Shown here: in pieces, positions 14,222 through 27,603 of the stretch
Layout: every line of letters begins with the position of its first letter
Position numbering within the stretch: position 1 is the stretch's first letter
Assembly (NCBI RefSeq): GCF_053078305.1
Contig: NZ_CP166879.1
Strand: one strand, 5' to 3'
DNA: 64,000 nucleotides
The notes under the pieces: generated by a model
Databases searched by the model: none
What the model saw: the letters and a program-made list of their open reading frames with translations, nothing else
What the model was told of the DNA's origin: nothing
Position numbers and translations under genes: made by a program

Positions 14222-14297
14222 GTGGTGGGTGATGACGGGATCGAACCGCCGACCCCCTCCTTGTAAGGGAGGTGCTCTCCCAGCTGAGCTAATCACC
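14222..14297 (-). tRNA. valY: tRNA-Val (anticodon UAC)
   Basis: Reverse complement reads GGGTGATTAGCTCAGCTGGGAGAGCACCTCCCTTACAAGGAGGGGGTCGGCGGTTCGATCCCGTCATCACCCACCA. Confidence 0.95.
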
Positions 14298-14344
14298 CAC
14301 TTCGGTACTTCACATTTTTACAAGAAATTTAGCTGGTGAGAAAG

Positions 14345-14420
14345 TGGTGGGTGATGACGGGATCGAACCGCCGACCCCCTCCTTGTAAGGGAGGTGCTCT
14401 CCCAGCTGAGCTAATCACCC
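14345..14420 (-). tRNA. valX: tRNA-Val (anticodon UAC)
   Basis: Identical 76-nt tRNA-Val sequence, second copy. Confidence 0.95.
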
Positions 14421-14464
14421 ACTTCTCAATTTCTTGCTACACGGCGGAGACTACATAAAGTAGT

Positions 14465-14540
14465 TGGTGGGTGATGACGGGATCGAACCGCCGACCCCCT
14501 CCTTGTAAGGGAGGTGCTCTCCCAGCTGAGCTAATCACCC
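14465..14540 (-). tRNA. valU: tRNA-Val (anticodon UAC)
   Basis: Identical 76-nt tRNA-Val sequence, third copy; first gene of the operon on the minus strand. Confidence 0.95.
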
Positions 14541-14798
14541 CCGCTGTGTGGAGTCGCATTATAGGGAGAGTTCAAAATGAGTCAACGCATTTTCTAAAGA
14601 AATTGTTCGTTCGTCGTAAATTTAAGCAAGATGATCGCAAAACAGACTGTGTTGCGCAATTTGTCAACGAAAACAATAATGCGTAAGGTTGCAACCCGAA
14701 CTACATTGAGGAATCAGGCGGGAGTGATAGAATATCGCCCACTCAATTTTTCCAGGATTTGCCGGTTGTCGGCATCTTTCTAAACGTAAGGCCATTTC

Positions 14799-16214
14799 AT
14801 GAAAATCAAAACTCGCTTCGCGCCAAGCCCAACAGGCTATCTGCACGTTGGCGGCGCGCGTACTGCTCTTTACTCCTGGCTTTTTGCACGTAACCACGGC
14901 GGTGAGTTCGTGCTGCGTATTGAAGACACCGATCTTGAGCGTTCCACGCCGGAAGCTATCGAAGCCATTATGGATGGCATGAACTGGCTGAGCCTGGAGT
15001 GGGATGAAGGTCCGTACTACCAGACCAAACGTTTTGATCGCTACAACGCAGTGATCGATCAGATGCTGGAGGAGGGCACTGCTTATAAATGCTATTGCTC
15101 TAAAGAGCGCCTGGAAGCGCTGCGCGAAGAACAAATGGCGAAAGGTGAGAAGCCGCGTTATGACGGTCGCTGCCGCCACAGTCATGAGCATCACGCTGAT
15201 GATGAGCCGTGTGTCGTACGTTTTGCTAACCCGCAGGAAGGTTCTGTTGTTTTTGACGATCAGATCCGTGGTCCGATCGAGTTCAGCAACCAGGAGCTGG
15301 ATGATCTGATTATCCGCCGTACCGATGGTTCCCCAACCTATAACTTCTGTGTGGTTGTCGATGACTGGGATATGGAAATCACCCACGTTATCCGTGGCGA
15401 AGACCATATCAACAACACGCCACGCCAGATCAACATTCTTAAAGCCCTGAAAGCGCCGGTACCGGTTTACGCGCACGTTTCTATGATCAACGGCGATGAC
15501 GGCAAAAAACTGTCCAAACGTCACGGGGCAGTCAGCGTAATGCAGTATCGTGATGACGGTTATTTGCCAGAAGCACTGCTGAACTATCTGGTGCGTCTGG
15601 GCTGGTCCCACGGCGATCAGGAAATCTTCACTCGTGAAGAGATGATCAAATACTTCACTTTGAATGCCGTCAGCAAATCTGCCAGTGCGTTCAACACCGA
15701 CAAGTTGCTGTGGCTGAACCATCACTACATTAATGCGCTGCCGCCGGAGTATGTTGCTACTCACTTACAGTGGCACATTGAGCAGGAAAATATCGATACC
15801 CGTAACGGCCCGCAGCTGGCTGATCTGGTGAAACTGCTGGGCGAACGCTGCAAGACGCTGAAAGAGATGGCACAGAGCTGCCGTTATTTCTACGAAGATT
15901 TTGCTGAGTTCGATGCCGATGCCGCGAAAAAACATCTGCGTCCGGTAGCGCGTCAGCCGCTGGAAGTAGTTCGTGACAAACTGGCCGCGATTACTGACTG
16001 GACAGCTGAAAACGTTCATCACGCTATTCAGGCGACGGCGGATGAGCTGGAAGTGGGTATGGGTAAAGTTGGTATGCCGCTGCGTGTCGCCGTAACCGGT
16101 GCGGGGCAGTCTCCGGCACTGGATGTTACCGTTCACGCAATCGGTAAGACACGTAGCATTGAGCGTATCAACAAAGCGCTGGCCTTTATTGCTGAACGCG
16201 AAAACCAGCAGTAA
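14799..16214 (+). CDS. gltX: glutamyl-tRNA synthetase
   Basis: 471 aa; class I aaRS HIGH motif ([13 protein letters not shown]) and KMSK (KLSKR); divergent from tRNA operon. Confidence 0.95.
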   Translation: MKIKTRFAPSPTGYLHVGGARTALYSWLFARNHGGEFVLRIEDTDLERSTPEAIEAIMDGMNWLSLEWDEGPYYQTKRFDRYNAVIDQMLEEGTAYKCYCSKERLEALREEQMAKGEKPRYDGRCRHSHEHHADDEPCVVRFANPQEGSVVFDDQIRGPIEFSNQELDDLIIRRTDGSPTYNFCVVVDDWDMEITHVIRGEDHINNTPRQINILKALKAPVPVYAHVSMINGDDGKKLSKRHGAVSVMQYRDDGYLPEALLNYLVRLGWSHGDQEIFTREEMIKYFTLNAVSKSASAFNTDKLLWLNHHYINALPPEYVATHLQWHIEQENIDTRNGPQLADLVKLLGERCKTLKEMAQSCRYFYEDFAEFDADAAKKHLRPVARQPLEVVRDKLAAITDWTAENVHHAIQATADELEVGMGKVGMPLRVAVTGAGQSPALDVTVHAIGKTRSIERINKALAFIAERENQQ

Positions 16215-16232
16215 TTAGCGTGTAAAAAGATA

Positions 16233-16265
16233 AACGGCAGGAGATAATATCCTGCCGTTTTTTAT
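16233..16265. terminator. bidirectional rho-independent terminator between convergent gltX and yfeD
   Basis: AACGGCAGGagataatatCCTGCCGTTtttt. Confidence 0.7.
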
Positions 16266-16658
16266 TTATGCTGATTCGTCAATATCGAGACGGGCGAGGA
16301 AATTGCGAATTCCTTCACGTGACAAAAATTGCGCGACTTTTTCCTGCTCAATGTCTGTCATATTATCTATCGCGTTGATGATTTGTCGATACGCCGGGGC
16401 GCGTGCTCCAGGAGCGTATTCAGCAATTCTCTCTTCAGCTTCCATCAACATTGGTGTGTTATGGAACGCAGGCGTGTTCTGAATAAACTCGCAAACTTGC
16501 GTATCGACCAGAATAAGTCTGGCACGACCGCCTTTCACGCCGGGAAATTTTTCCGTTTTCCAGCCTTTTTCTCTGATCCAACGGTTAACAGTTTGTTTAG
16601 CCACACCGAGGCATTCAGCCAGTTCTTCGGTGGTCATTTTATTGCGTAATCTTTTCAT
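16266..16658 (-). CDS. yfeD: DUF1323-family putative DNA-binding protein YfeD
   Basis: 130 aa; paralogous to adjacent ORF (shared QTVNRWIREKGWKT / QTINKWVRKEGWTT HTH-like motif). Confidence 0.75.
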   Translation of the reverse strand: MKRLRNKMTTEELAECLGVAKQTVNRWIREKGWKTEKFPGVKGGRARLILVDTQVCEFIQNTPAFHNTPMLMEAEERIAEYAPGARAPAYRQIINAIDNMTDIEQEKVAQFLSREGIRNFLARLDIDESA

Positions 16659-16659
16659 A

Positions 16660-17019
16660 TTATTTGCTATCGCGAATCCCTAAGCGTTGTAACAATCCGA
16701 TAATCCCTTCCCGCAGAAGCAAGGATGTAAACTGTTTTTGTTCAACTGGCGTCATCTCTTTCGCCAGTGTCACCAGCAATACTTCAAGCGGCGCATCACC
16801 AGAAAGGGCAGGCGCTTCTCCCTGACCTTCTGGACGTTCAGCATTACGAATATATTCACGAACCTGTTCATTGACGTGAACCAGTCGGGCTTTGCCACCC
16901 TGGACGCCTGGTTTTGGTGACGTCGTCCAGCCTTCCTTGCGTACCCATTTATTAATGGTCTGGCGGCTATAGCCGGTCAGTCTGGCAAGTTCATCTGGCG
17001 TCATCCTCTCCTTGAACAT
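16660..17019 (-). CDS. yfeC: DUF1323-family putative DNA-binding protein YfeC
   Basis: 119 aa paralogue immediately upstream of yfeD, 1-nt spacing. Confidence 0.75.
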   Translation of the reverse strand: MFKERMTPDELARLTGYSRQTINKWVRKEGWTTSPKPGVQGGKARLVHVNEQVREYIRNAERPEGQGEAPALSGDAPLEVLLVTLAKEMTPVEQKQFTSLLLREGIIGLLQRLGIRDSK

Positions 17020-17239
17020 AACAATTCCCTGAATGTATGTGGGTCTATTAGTAGTTCATTTTATAGCACCACTTTACAGGAAACCGTGACATGAATAACT
17101 ACTGAATGCGAGCGGTTTTCCAAAATTGTTCATTTGCCTGATTTTTCAGCGATTGAAACTACACGTTGCAATTTGCCGTTGACACATTCGGGCGGAATTC
17201 ATATGATGCCGCCCGTCAACTCGACAAGCTTTACGTGAC

Positions 17240-17315
<76 letters not shown>

Positions 17316-17354
17316 AATTTTGCACCCAGCAAATTTGGTACGTAAACGCATCGT

Positions 17355-17430
<76 letters not shown>

Positions 17431-17469
17431 AATTTTGCACCCAGCAAATTTGGTACGTAAACGCATCGT

Positions 17470-17545
<76 letters not shown>

Positions 17546-17554
17546 AATTTCCAA

Positions 17555-17582
17555 CCCTCGCTGCAAAGCGGGGGTTTTTTGT
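17555..17582 (+). terminator. rho-independent terminator after the tRNA-Ala array
   Basis: CCCTCGCTGcaaAGCGGGGG followed by tttttt. Confidence 0.6.
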
Positions 17583-17752
17583 CTCTGCTTTTTGCCGCTT
17601 TTGTAATACAGTCTACGTCCGGGTTAGCGCCGCCTGGTGAAAGCATCATTGGATGAAAAATCGGCAACAGGCTGGCCCTTGTTTGCTTCGCGATGCGAAT
17701 AAACTTATTATTTGTGTGCCTGAAAACCCCGATCAGTGAGAGTAGTGTACTC

Positions 17753-19942
17753 ATGTTTGTGGAGCATAACCTGATAAAAAATATCAAGATATTCACACTA
17801 GCGTTTACGCTCACCGTGGTACTTATTCAGCTTTCCCGTTTTATTTCGCCACTTGCCATTATCCATTCCAGTTATATCTTTCTGGCGTGGATGCCACTGT
17901 GCGTAATGCTGTCAATCTTGTTTATCTTTGGCTGGCGCGGTGTCGTTCCCGTTTTATGCGGGATGTTTTGCACCAATCTGTGGAACTTTCATCTCTCTTT
18001 TTTACAGACTGCGGTCATGCTCAGCAGCCAGACGTTTGTCGTGTTATGTGCCTGCGCAATATTACGCTGGCAGCTGGGGACGCGTTGGCGTTATGGATTG
18101 ACCAGCCGATATGTCTGGCAACGTCTGTTCTGGCTTGGTTTGGTGACGCCGATCGGCATCAAATGCAGCATGTATCTTGTGGGGAGCTTCTTTGATTTCC
18201 CGCTAAAGATATCCACCTTTTTCGGCGATGCGGATGCCATTTTCACGGTCGTTGATTTGCTAAGCCTTTTCACCGCGGTGCTGATTTACAACATGCTTTT
18301 CTACTATCTCACTCGCATGATTGTAAGTCCCCACTTTGCGCAGATATTGTGGCGCAGGGATATCGCTCCGTCGTTGGGCAAAGAGAAACGCGCATTTACC
18401 TTAAGCTGGCTGGCAGCGTTAAGCGTGCTGCTACTTCTGTTGTGCACACCTTATGAAAACGACTTTATTGCCGGTTACCTGGTACCCGTTTTCTTCATCA
18501 TCTTTACCCTCGGGGTCGGTAAGCTTCGCTATCCGTTTTTAAATCTCACCTGGGCTGTTTCAACGCTTTGCCTGCTGAATTACAACCAGAACTTTTTGCA
18601 AGGGGTGGAAACCGAATATTCGCTGGCATTTATTCTTGCGGTGCTGATTTCCTTTAGCGTTTGCCTGCTCTATATGGTGCGCATTTATCATCGCAGTGAA
18701 TGGCTTAATCGCCGCTGGCATTTGCAGGCGCTGACCGATCCGTTAACGCTCCTGCCCAACTTTCGTGCGTTGGAACAAGCGCCGGAGCAAGAGGCGGGCA
18801 AGAGTTTTTGCTGCCTGCGCATTGATAATCTTGAGTTTATGAGTCGTCATTACGGGTTAATGATGCGCGTTCACTGTATCCGATCAATTTACCGTACGCT
18901 GCTGCCGTTGATGCAGGAAAACGAAAAGTTGTATCAATTGCCGGGTAGTGAACTGCTGTTAGTGCTGAGCGGGCCGGAAACGGAAGGGCGACTCCAGCAT
19001 ATGGTTAACATCCTGAATAGTCGGCAAATTCACTGGAACAATACCGGGCTGGATATGGGCTATGGTGCTGCCTGGGGGCGTTTTGATGGAAATCAGGAAA
19101 CCCTGCAACCCTTGTTGGGGCAGTTAAGCTGGCTGGCGGAGCAATCCTGCGCACATCATCATGTGCTGGCGCTGGATAGCCGAGAGGAGATGGTTTCCGG
19201 GCAGACCACTAAACAGGTGCTATTGCTGAATACCATTCGCACGGCGTTAGATCAGGGTGATTTGCTGCTCTACGCCCAGCCAATTCGCAACAAAGAGGGT
19301 GAAGGTTATGATGAGATCCTCGCGCGACTGAAATATGACGGCGGCATTATGACCCCGGATAAGTTTCTGCCCCTTATTGCTCAGTTTAATCTTAGCGCGC
19401 GTTTTGATTTGCAAGTGCTGGAATCCTTGTTGAAGTGGCTGGCAACACACCCTTGCGACAAAAAAGGCCCGCGCTTTTCAGTTAATTTAATGCCGCTCAC
19501 GCTGCTGCAAAAGAATATTGCCGGGCGGATTATTCGTCTATTTAAGCGTTATCACATCTCCCCGCAGGCGGTCATTCTTGAGATCACCGAGGAGCAGGCG
19601 TTTTCTAACGCAGAAAGCAGCATGTACAACATCGAGCAGCTGCATAAGTTTGGTTTCCGGATTGCGATTGATGACTTTGGCACCGGCTATGCCAACTACG
19701 AACGGTTAAAGCGTTTGCAGGCTGATATCATCAAAATTGATGGCGTCTTTGTGAAAGATATCGTCACGAATACGCTGGATGCGATGATTGTGAGATCAAT
19801 TACCGATCTGGCGAAAGCGAAGTCATTGAGTGTGGTCGCGGAGTTTGTCGAGACGCAACAGCAACAGGCGCTATTGCATAAGCTCGGGGTGCAATATCTG
19901 CAAGGGTATTTGATTGGTCGCCCGCAGCCATTAGCTGATTAA
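17753..19942 (+). CDS. pdeA: cyclic-di-GMP phosphodiesterase (membrane N-terminal sensor domain, degenerate GGDEF, EAL)
   Basis: Start placed at MFVEHNLIKNIKIF (729 aa); multiple TM helices, C-terminal EAL motifs (EITEEQ, DDFGTGYANY); track ORF 17693 is an upstream extension. Confidence 0.85.
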   Translation: MFVEHNLIKNIKIFTLAFTLTVVLIQLSRFISPLAIIHSSYIFLAWMPLCVMLSILFIFGWRGVVPVLCGMFCTNLWNFHLSFLQTAVMLSSQTFVVLCACAILRWQLGTRWRYGLTSRYVWQRLFWLGLVTPIGIKCSMYLVGSFFDFPLKISTFFGDADAIFTVVDLLSLFTAVLIYNMLFYYLTRMIVSPHFAQILWRRDIAPSLGKEKRAFTLSWLAALSVLLLLLCTPYENDFIAGYLVPVFFIIFTLGVGKLRYPFLNLTWAVSTLCLLNYNQNFLQGVETEYSLAFILAVLISFSVCLLYMVRIYHRSEWLNRRWHLQALTDPLTLLPNFRALEQAPEQEAGKSFCCLRIDNLEFMSRHYGLMMRVHCIRSIYRTLLPLMQENEKLYQLPGSELLLVLSGPETEGRLQHMVNILNSRQIHWNNTGLDMGYGAAWGRFDGNQETLQPLLGQLSWLAEQSCAHHHVLALDSREEMVSGQTTKQVLLLNTIRTALDQGDLLLYAQPIRNKEGEGYDEILARLKYDGGIMTPDKFLPLIAQFNLSARFDLQVLESLLKWLATHPCDKKGPRFSVNLMPLTLLQKNIAGRIIRLFKRYHISPQAVILEITEEQAFSNAESSMYNIEQLHKFGFRIAIDDFGTGYANYERLKRLQADIIKIDGVFVKDIVTNTLDAMIVRSITDLAKAKSLSVVAEFVETQQQQALLHKLGVQYLQGYLIGRPQPLAD

Positions 19943-19950
19943 CAGGCGTA

Positions 19951-19982
19951 AAAAAACCGGGGAATTATCCCCGGCTTTTTTA
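19951..19982. terminator. bidirectional rho-independent terminator between convergent pdeA and nupC
   Basis: aaaaaaACCGGGGaattatCCCCGGCttttttt. Confidence 0.7.
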
Positions 19983-19991
19983 TGTATGGTC

Positions 19992-21194
19992 TTACAGCAC
20001 CAGTGCTGCGATTGACGCAGACAGCACACTCACCAGGGTAGAGCCGTAAACCAGCTTCAGACCGAAGCGAGAAACCACGTTACCTTGCTCTTCATTCAGG
20101 CCTTTAACTGCACCTGCGATAATCCCGATTGAAGAGAAGTTAGCGAAGGAAACCAGGAACACAGAGATGATGCCTTCAGCACGTGGAGAGAGTGTAGAGG
20201 CAATTTTCTGCAGATCCATCATCGCAACGAACTCGTTGGAAACCAGTTTGGTCGCCATGATACTGCCCACTTGCAGTGCTTCACTGGAAGGAACACCCAT
20301 CACCCATGCAATCGGATAGAAGATGTAGCCCAGGATGCCCTGGAAGGAGATGCTGTAGCCAAACCAGCCAGTCACGGTAGCAAACAGTGCGTTCAGCGCG
20401 GCGATCAGGGCGATAAAGCCGATCAGCATCGCGGCAACGATAATGGCAACTTTGAAACCTGCCAGAATGTATTCACCCAGCATTTCGAAGAAGCTCTGAC
20501 CTTCGTGCAGGTTGGACATCTGAATGTTTTCTTCACTGGCATCAACACGGTAAGGGTTGATCAGCGACAGCACGATAAAGGTGCTGAACATATTCAGTAC
20601 CAGCGCTGCAACGACATATTTCGGCTCCAGCATGGTCATGTATGCACCAACGATGGACATAGAAACGGTGGACATCGCCGTTGCTGCCATGGTGTACATA
20701 CGATTACGGGAGATTTTGCCGAGGATATCTTTATAGGCAATAAAGTTTTCAGACTGACCCAGAATCAGAGAGCTGACGGCGTTAAAGGATTCCAGTTTGC
20801 CCATACCGTTGACTTTGGAGAGCAGGAAACCAATTGCGCGGATAATCACCGGTAACACGCGAATGTGCTGGAGAATACCGATCAGTGCAGAGATAAAGAC
20901 GATTGGGCACAGCACTTTCAGGAAGAAGAATGCCAGGCCTTGATCATTCATGCTACCAAAGACGAAGTTAGTCCCTTCGTTGGCAAATCCGAGCAGTTTT
21001 TCGAACATTTCGGAGAAGCCTTTCACGAAGCCTAAACCAACGTCGGAGTTCAGGAAGAACCACGCCAGTAACACTTCGATAACAAGCAATTGAATAACAT
21101 AACGGATACGAATTTTTTTGCGGTCGCTGCTTACCAGCAGTGCGAGAATCGCAACAACGGCAAGTGCCAGTACAAAATGAAGGACGCGGTCCAT
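19992..21194 (-). CDS. nupC: nucleoside:H+ symporter NupC
   Basis: Start placed at [20 protein letters not shown] (400 aa); CNT-family membrane protein; track ORF extends 13 codons upstream. Confidence 0.88.
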
Positions 21195-21460
21195 ATTTGC
21201 TCCAAATATGAGGCAGGTTAAATTTCCGTGCACATTCTATGTAACATGGTTAAGGAAAACGAGATCTGACACACACTATAATGACGTCCTGTGACAAGCT
21301 TCAAAAATAGTGAGCTGTCATACATTTCTGCTATGTTGTGTATGGAAGCTGAAAGTTATGTAAATGTGCTAACATTAAACATAACCATAACATTCAAGTC
21401 ATCAATCTTTTCGTAGTCATAATCCTGGTCTATCAGAGAAATCACCACAATCCATTTAAA

Positions 21461-21517
21461 TGAATTTGATAATCATTCTCGTTTGACATAGCATGAAACA
21501 TAGCAAAGGCTATGTTT
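21461..21517 (+). promoter_or_regulatory. mntH promoter region with Fur-box-like sequence and MntR operator palindrome
   Basis: tgaatttGATAATCATTCTCg (Fur-box-like) followed by perfect palindrome AAACATAGCaaagGCTATGTTT at 21496-21517, about 12 nt upstream of mntH ATG. Confidence 0.6.
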
Positions 21518-21520
21518 TAG

Positions 21521-22768
<1,248 letters not shown>

Positions 22769-22774
22769 TTGAAT

Positions 22775-22885
<111 letters not shown>

Positions 22886-22908
22886 TTGTGCTCCATTGGC
22901 GAATGTGT

Positions 22909-23235
22909 TTAATGGCGGTGTCCATGTCCGCGGCCTTTTCCGCGATGATCGTCACGATCGCGCCAGCCTTCACGATAGCCACGCTCATATGCTTTACGCT
23001 TATCCCAGCCACGATGGTAGCCATTATCATGACGCCACCAGCGGTTTTTACGCCATTCATAATTGCGATGCCAGTAGTCACGGTCGCGCCAGTGACCACC
23101 GTCCCAGTAATTACCGTAATGATCGCGATCGCCAATTTGTAATTTGATTGATGGCAGTAGGGTGATTTCGCCTGCGTTTGCTGCAAGCGGGGTAAATGCC
23201 ATCAGGGCGGCCGCCAGAAACAGTGACCTGAACAT
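22909..23235 (-). CDS. ypeC: DUF2502 secreted protein YpeC (His/Arg/Trp/Asp-rich)
   Basis: 108 aa with signal peptide [21 protein letters not shown] and low-complexity R/D/H/W/Y-rich C-terminus. Confidence 0.7.
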
Positions 23236-23349
23236 TGTTATTCTCCTTCACGATCGAAGCCGTCAGCGGCCTGTTAACGCAATATTACGGGGAGGTAAAG
23301 CCCCGTATCATCGCCATAACTCTTAAATCATAAAGGAGAGCATTTTTTG

Positions 23350-24606
23350 CTAAACGTTATCGTGGGGGGGCTGTTGCTTCGGACGATTGACCATCATCAT
23401 CGGCTTACCTGCTAATAACAGCCATGCCGGAAGCATGACGATACAGAGCAGCGGTAGCAATGTGGTATTGGGTACAACGACTGCCGCCATAAAAAGGCTT
23501 AACCAGCCATCGCGTGTTACCACCAGCACGATGCCGAGAATAGCGCAGGAAACGGTTATTGCCGCTGGAACGGCGGGGACGTGCTCATGCAGCATCAACC
23601 CTAATGCCACGCCGACGAACACTGCCGGGAAAATTCGTCCACCGCGAAAGCCACTGGCGGCAGCAACGACCAGGGCGGTCAGTTTAATCACCGCCAGCAA
23701 AAAGTAATCGCTGGTGCTGAAAGCCTGATTTGCCACCATCTGCTGCATCTCATCCAGCCCTTTAAACAGCGAAACTGGTCCACCAATAACCCCCAGAATA
23801 CCGAGAATAAATCCGCCAATACCCAGCACGAGCACCGGATTTTTCATTTGATGCATCATCGCGTGCAACCGTGGTAAGCACCATACGGCGACCATCCCTG
23901 CTGCGATGGCAATCGCCGCGACAATTGCACCGCTGAGAATATCGGTCATTTCCATCTGTCCGTAATGCGCAATGGGCAGTGAAAAATGGGGATGGAAAAA
24001 TAATCCGGTAGTAAGTGCACCAGCTGCTGCCGCCATTAACGGCGCAAAAAGACGATCCCATAGCGGAACTTCACTACTGCCATTTAAGGTTTGCGAAAAT
24101 ATCAACGCCGCCGCAACAGGTGTACCAAACAGCGCGCCGATGGTTCCGGCAGAGGCTAAAATAGTCCACTCCATTCGGTTGACGCGCGGTAACAGACGAG
24201 CGCCAATGGCAACCGCAAGGGCGATATTGACGGTCATGATCGGATGTTCCGGCCCCAGGCTGACGCCGCCAGCAAGACCGAGAATTAATGCTACGATAAG
24301 TCCTGGTAGCGCAGAGGGCGGAACCGGTGCGCCGATCAGCGGTTCACAGGCGGGGTCTGGTCCGGCATGACCCTGGCTGAAACGGATAACCAACCCCACC
24401 GCAATACCCGTTAGCGTTAATACACCGATGATCCAGAGGGGTGAATCCTGGGCTATCCCCAGAGTTCCCGGCAGTCGTTGCCAGAGCAAATTCTGTAATA
24501 CCGAGGCGATTTTCATCACCACAATCAGAATAAGACTGGACGCAATCCCAATTGCCACGGCGGGGAGCGATAATAACAACATGGTTCTGGCTCGCGGATG
24601 GAGCAT
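23350..24606 (-). CDS. yfeO: ClC-type putative ion channel/transporter YfeO
   Basis: 418 aa highly hydrophobic ORF with Gly-rich re-entrant helices; divergent from glk. Confidence 0.85.
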   Translation of the reverse strand: MLHPRARTMLLLSLPAVAIGIASSLILIVVMKIASVLQNLLWQRLPGTLGIAQDSPLWIIGVLTLTGIAVGLVIRFSQGHAGPDPACEPLIGAPVPPSALPGLIVALILGLAGGVSLGPEHPIMTVNIALAVAIGARLLPRVNRMEWTILASAGTIGALFGTPVAAALIFSQTLNGSSEVPLWDRLFAPLMAAAAGALTTGLFFHPHFSLPIAHYGQMEMTDILSGAIVAAIAIAAGMVAVWCLPRLHAMMHQMKNPVLVLGIGGFILGILGVIGGPVSLFKGLDEMQQMVANQAFSTSDYFLLAVIKLTALVVAAASGFRGGRIFPAVFVGVALGLMLHEHVPAVPAAITVSCAILGIVLVVTRDGWLSLFMAAVVVPNTTLLPLLCIVMLPAWLLLAGKPMMMVNRPKQQPPHDNV

Positions 24607-24809
24607 GTTCTATTCCTTATGCGGGGTCAGATACTTAGTTTGCCCAGCTTGCAAAAAGGCATCGCTGCAATTGGTGCTGAAACGATAAAGTAATTGTGTG
24701 ACCCAGATCGATATTTACAGGGAGCCTGCCTTTCCGGCGTTGTTGTTATGCCCCCAGGTATTTACAGTGTGAGAAAGAATTATTTTGACTTTAGCGGAGC
24801 AGTTGAAGA

Positions 24810-25775
24810 ATGACAAAGTATGCATTAGTCGGTGATGTGGGCGGCACCAACGCACGTCTTGCTCTGTGTGATATTGCCAGTGGTGAAATCTCGCAGGCTA
24901 AGACCTATTCAGGGCTTGATTACCCCAGCCTCGAAGCGGTCATTCGCGTTTATCTTGAAGAACATAAGGTCGAGGTGAAAGACGGCTGTATTGCCATCGC
25001 TTGCCCAATTACCGGTGACTGGGTGGCAATGACCAACCATACCTGGGCGTTCTCAATTGCCGAAATGAAAAAGAATCTCGGTTTTAGCCATCTGGAAATT
25101 ATTAACGATTTTACCGCTGTATCGATGGCGATCCCGATGCTGAAAAAAGAGCATCTGATTCAGTTTGGTGGCGCAGAGCCGATAGAAGGTAAGCCTATTG
25201 CGGTTTACGGTGCCGGAACGGGGCTTGGGGTTGCGCATCTGGTCCATGTCGATAAGCGTTGGGTAAGCTTGCCGGGCGAAGGCGGTCACGTTGATTTTGC
25301 GCCGAATAGTGAAGAAGAGGCCATTATCCTCGAAATATTGCGTGCGGAAATTGGTCATGTTTCGGCGGAACGCGTGCTTTCTGGCCCAGGGCTGGTGAAT
25401 TTGTATCGCGCAATTGTGAAAGCTGACAACCGCCTGCCAGAAAATCTCAAGCCAAAAGATATTACCGAACGCGCGCTGGCTGACAGCTGCACCGATTGCC
25501 GCCGTGCGTTGTCGCTGTTTTGCGTCATTATGGGCCGTTTTGGCGGCAATCTGGCGCTCAATCTCGGGACATTTGGCGGCGTGTTTATTGCGGGCGGTAT
25601 CGTGCCGCGCTTCCTTGAGTTCTTCAAAGCCTCTGGTTTCCGTGCCGCATTTGAAGATAAAGGGCGCTTTAAAGAATATGTCCATGATATTCCGGTGTAT
25701 CTCATCGTCCATGACAATCCGGGTCTTCTCGGTTCCGGTGCACATTTACGCCAGACCTTAGGTCACATTCTGTAA
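24810..25775 (+). CDS. glk: glucokinase
   Basis: 321 aa; N-terminal ATP-binding motif [16 protein letters not shown]. Confidence 0.95.
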   Translation: MTKYALVGDVGGTNARLALCDIASGEISQAKTYSGLDYPSLEAVIRVYLEEHKVEVKDGCIAIACPITGDWVAMTNHTWAFSIAEMKKNLGFSHLEIINDFTAVSMAIPMLKKEHLIQFGGAEPIEGKPIAVYGAGTGLGVAHLVHVDKRWVSLPGEGGHVDFAPNSEEEAIILEILRAEIGHVSAERVLSGPGLVNLYRAIVKADNRLPENLKPKDITERALADSCTDCRRALSLFCVIMGRFGGNLALNLGTFGGVFIAGGIVPRFLEFFKASGFRAAFEDKGRFKEYVHDIPVYLIVHDNPGLLGSGAHLRQTLGHIL

Positions 25776-25993
25776 ATCCTTCCTGTTATATCGGGAGGTA
25801 ACTCTCCCGATAATCTTTTAAATCATACAGTTAATTCAATTTTTCTTTGTGTCCCCTCACAAGGCCGACCTGCGTCACACTTCCGTACAGCGGGATTAAT
25901 TCTCCAGTAAATGCATTATTTGTCTGGTAACGGCGATTTGTTTTGCACGTTCATAATTTCACTCGTCAACTATCACTGAACGAGGAATTAACG

Positions 25994-26320
25994 ATGAGTA
26001 AGAAACTGATTGCCTTATGTGCCTGCCCGATGGGCCTGGCTCACACCTTTATGGCCGCTCAGGCGCTGGAAGAAGCAGCGGTAGAAGCCGGTTATGAAGT
26101 GAAAATTGAAACCCAGGGCGCGGACGGTATCCAGAATCGCCTGACGGCGCAGGATATCGCCGAAGCGACCATCATCATCCACTCCGTGGCAGTTACCCCG
26201 GAAGATAACGAACGTTTCGAATCACGCGACGTTTATGAAATCACTTTGCAGGACGCAATTAAAAACGCTGCGGGCATCATCAAAGAAATCGAAGAGATGA
26301 TTGCCTCTGAACAACAGTAA
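25994..26320 (+). CDS. fryB: PTS fructose-like EIIB component
   Basis: Start placed at MSKKLIALCACPMGLAHTFMAAQ (108 aa) with active-site Cys in CACPMG; track ORF has 17-codon upstream extension. Confidence 0.85.
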   Translation: MSKKLIALCACPMGLAHTFMAAQALEEAAVEAGYEVKIETQGADGIQNRLTAQDIAEATIIIHSVAVTPEDNERFESRDVYEITLQDAIKNAAGIIKEIEEMIASEQQ

Positions 26321-26341
26321 TATTCGACAGGGATAATTGTT

Positions 26342-27589
26342 ATGGCCATTAAAAAACGCAGTGCAACCGTTGTGCCTGGCGCATCCGGTGCGGCAGCGGC
26401 AGTTAAGAATCCGCAGGCCTCTAAAACCAGCTTCTGGGGTGAACTCCCGCAGCATGTGATGTCAGGGATTTCACGCATGGTGCCGACCTTAATTATGGGC
26501 GGTGTGATCCTCGCTTTCAGCCAGTTGATTGCTTATAGCTGGCTTAAAATTCCTGCTGAGATCGGCATCATGGATGCTCTTAATAGCGGGAAATTCTCCG
26601 GTTTCGACCTCTCCTTACTTAAATTTGCCTGGCTGTCGCAGTCCTTCGGCGGCGTGTTGTTTGGTTTTGCCATTCCGATGTTTGCTGCATTTGTGGCGAA
26701 CTCTATCGGTGGCAAACTGGCGTTCCCGGCTGGTTTTATCGGCGGCTTGATGTCTACCCAGCCGACGCAACTGCTGAACTTCGATCCCAGCACTATGCAA
26801 TGGGCGACCTCTTCGCCGGTGCCGTCCACCTTCATTGGTGCGCTGATTATATCTATCGTTGCTGGTTACCTTGTGAAATGGATGAACCAGAAAATCCAGT
26901 TACCGGATTTCCTGTTAGCGTTCAAAACCACATTTTTGCTACCGATTCTTTCCGCCATTTTTGTCATGCTGGCGATGTACTACGTCATCACCCCCTTTGG
27001 GGGCTGGATCAACGGCGGTATCCGTACTGTGCTGACTGCCGCAGGTGAGAAGGGCGCGCTGATGTACGCAATGGGGATCGCCGCGGCGACAGCAATCGAC
27101 CTTGGTGGCCCGATCAACAAAGCCGCAGGTTTTGTTGCCTTCAGCTTTACCACTGACCACGTATTACCGGTCACCGCACGTTCTATCGCTATCGTTATTC
27201 CGCCGATTGGTCTGGGTCTGGCGACCATTATCGACCGTCGTTTAACCGGCAAACGCCTGTTCAGCGCACAACTTTATCCGCAGGGTAAGACCGCGATGTT
27301 CCTTGCCTTTATGGGGATCAGTGAGGGTGCGATTCCGTTTGCGCTGGAAAGCCCCATCACCGCCATTCCGTCGTATATGGTCGGCGCGATTGTCGGCTCA
27401 ACCGCCGCTGTCTGGCTGGGCGCAGTGCAATGGTTCCCGGAATCCGCTATCTGGGCATGGCCGCTGGTCACTAACCTGGGCGTCTATATGGCGGGGATCG
27501 CGCTGGGGGCAGTCATAACTGCGCTGATGGTGGTGTTCCTGCGTCTGATGATGTTCCGTAAAGGCAAATTGTTAATCGATAGCCTGTAA
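26342..27589 (+). CDS. fryC: PTS fructose-like EIIC permease
   Basis: 415 aa polytopic membrane ORF directly after the IIB gene. Confidence 0.88.
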   Translation: MAIKKRSATVVPGASGAAAAVKNPQASKTSFWGELPQHVMSGISRMVPTLIMGGVILAFSQLIAYSWLKIPAEIGIMDALNSGKFSGFDLSLLKFAWLSQSFGGVLFGFAIPMFAAFVANSIGGKLAFPAGFIGGLMSTQPTQLLNFDPSTMQWATSSPVPSTFIGALIISIVAGYLVKWMNQKIQLPDFLLAFKTTFLLPILSAIFVMLAMYYVITPFGGWINGGIRTVLTAAGEKGALMYAMGIAAATAIDLGGPINKAAGFVAFSFTTDHVLPVTARSIAIVIPPIGLGLATIIDRRLTGKRLFSAQLYPQGKTAMFLAFMGISEGAIPFALESPITAIPSYMVGAIVGSTAAVWLGAVQWFPESAIWAWPLVTNLGVYMAGIALGAVITALMVVFLRLMMFRKGKLLIDSL

Positions 27590-27603
27590 GAAGGAAAATC
27601 CAG

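Noticed and set aside
14142-14540. Three or four near-identical ~76-bp units with short spacers, superficially repeat-array-like
   Set aside because: Units are tRNA-Val and tRNA-Lys genes with cloverleaf structure and CCA ends, not CRISPR repeats; no cas genes nearby.
14664-15764. 366-aa ORF on the minus strand
   Set aside because: Entirely antisense to gltX, whose product has clear class I aaRS motifs; no RBS; typical long antisense ORF in GC-rich coding sequence.
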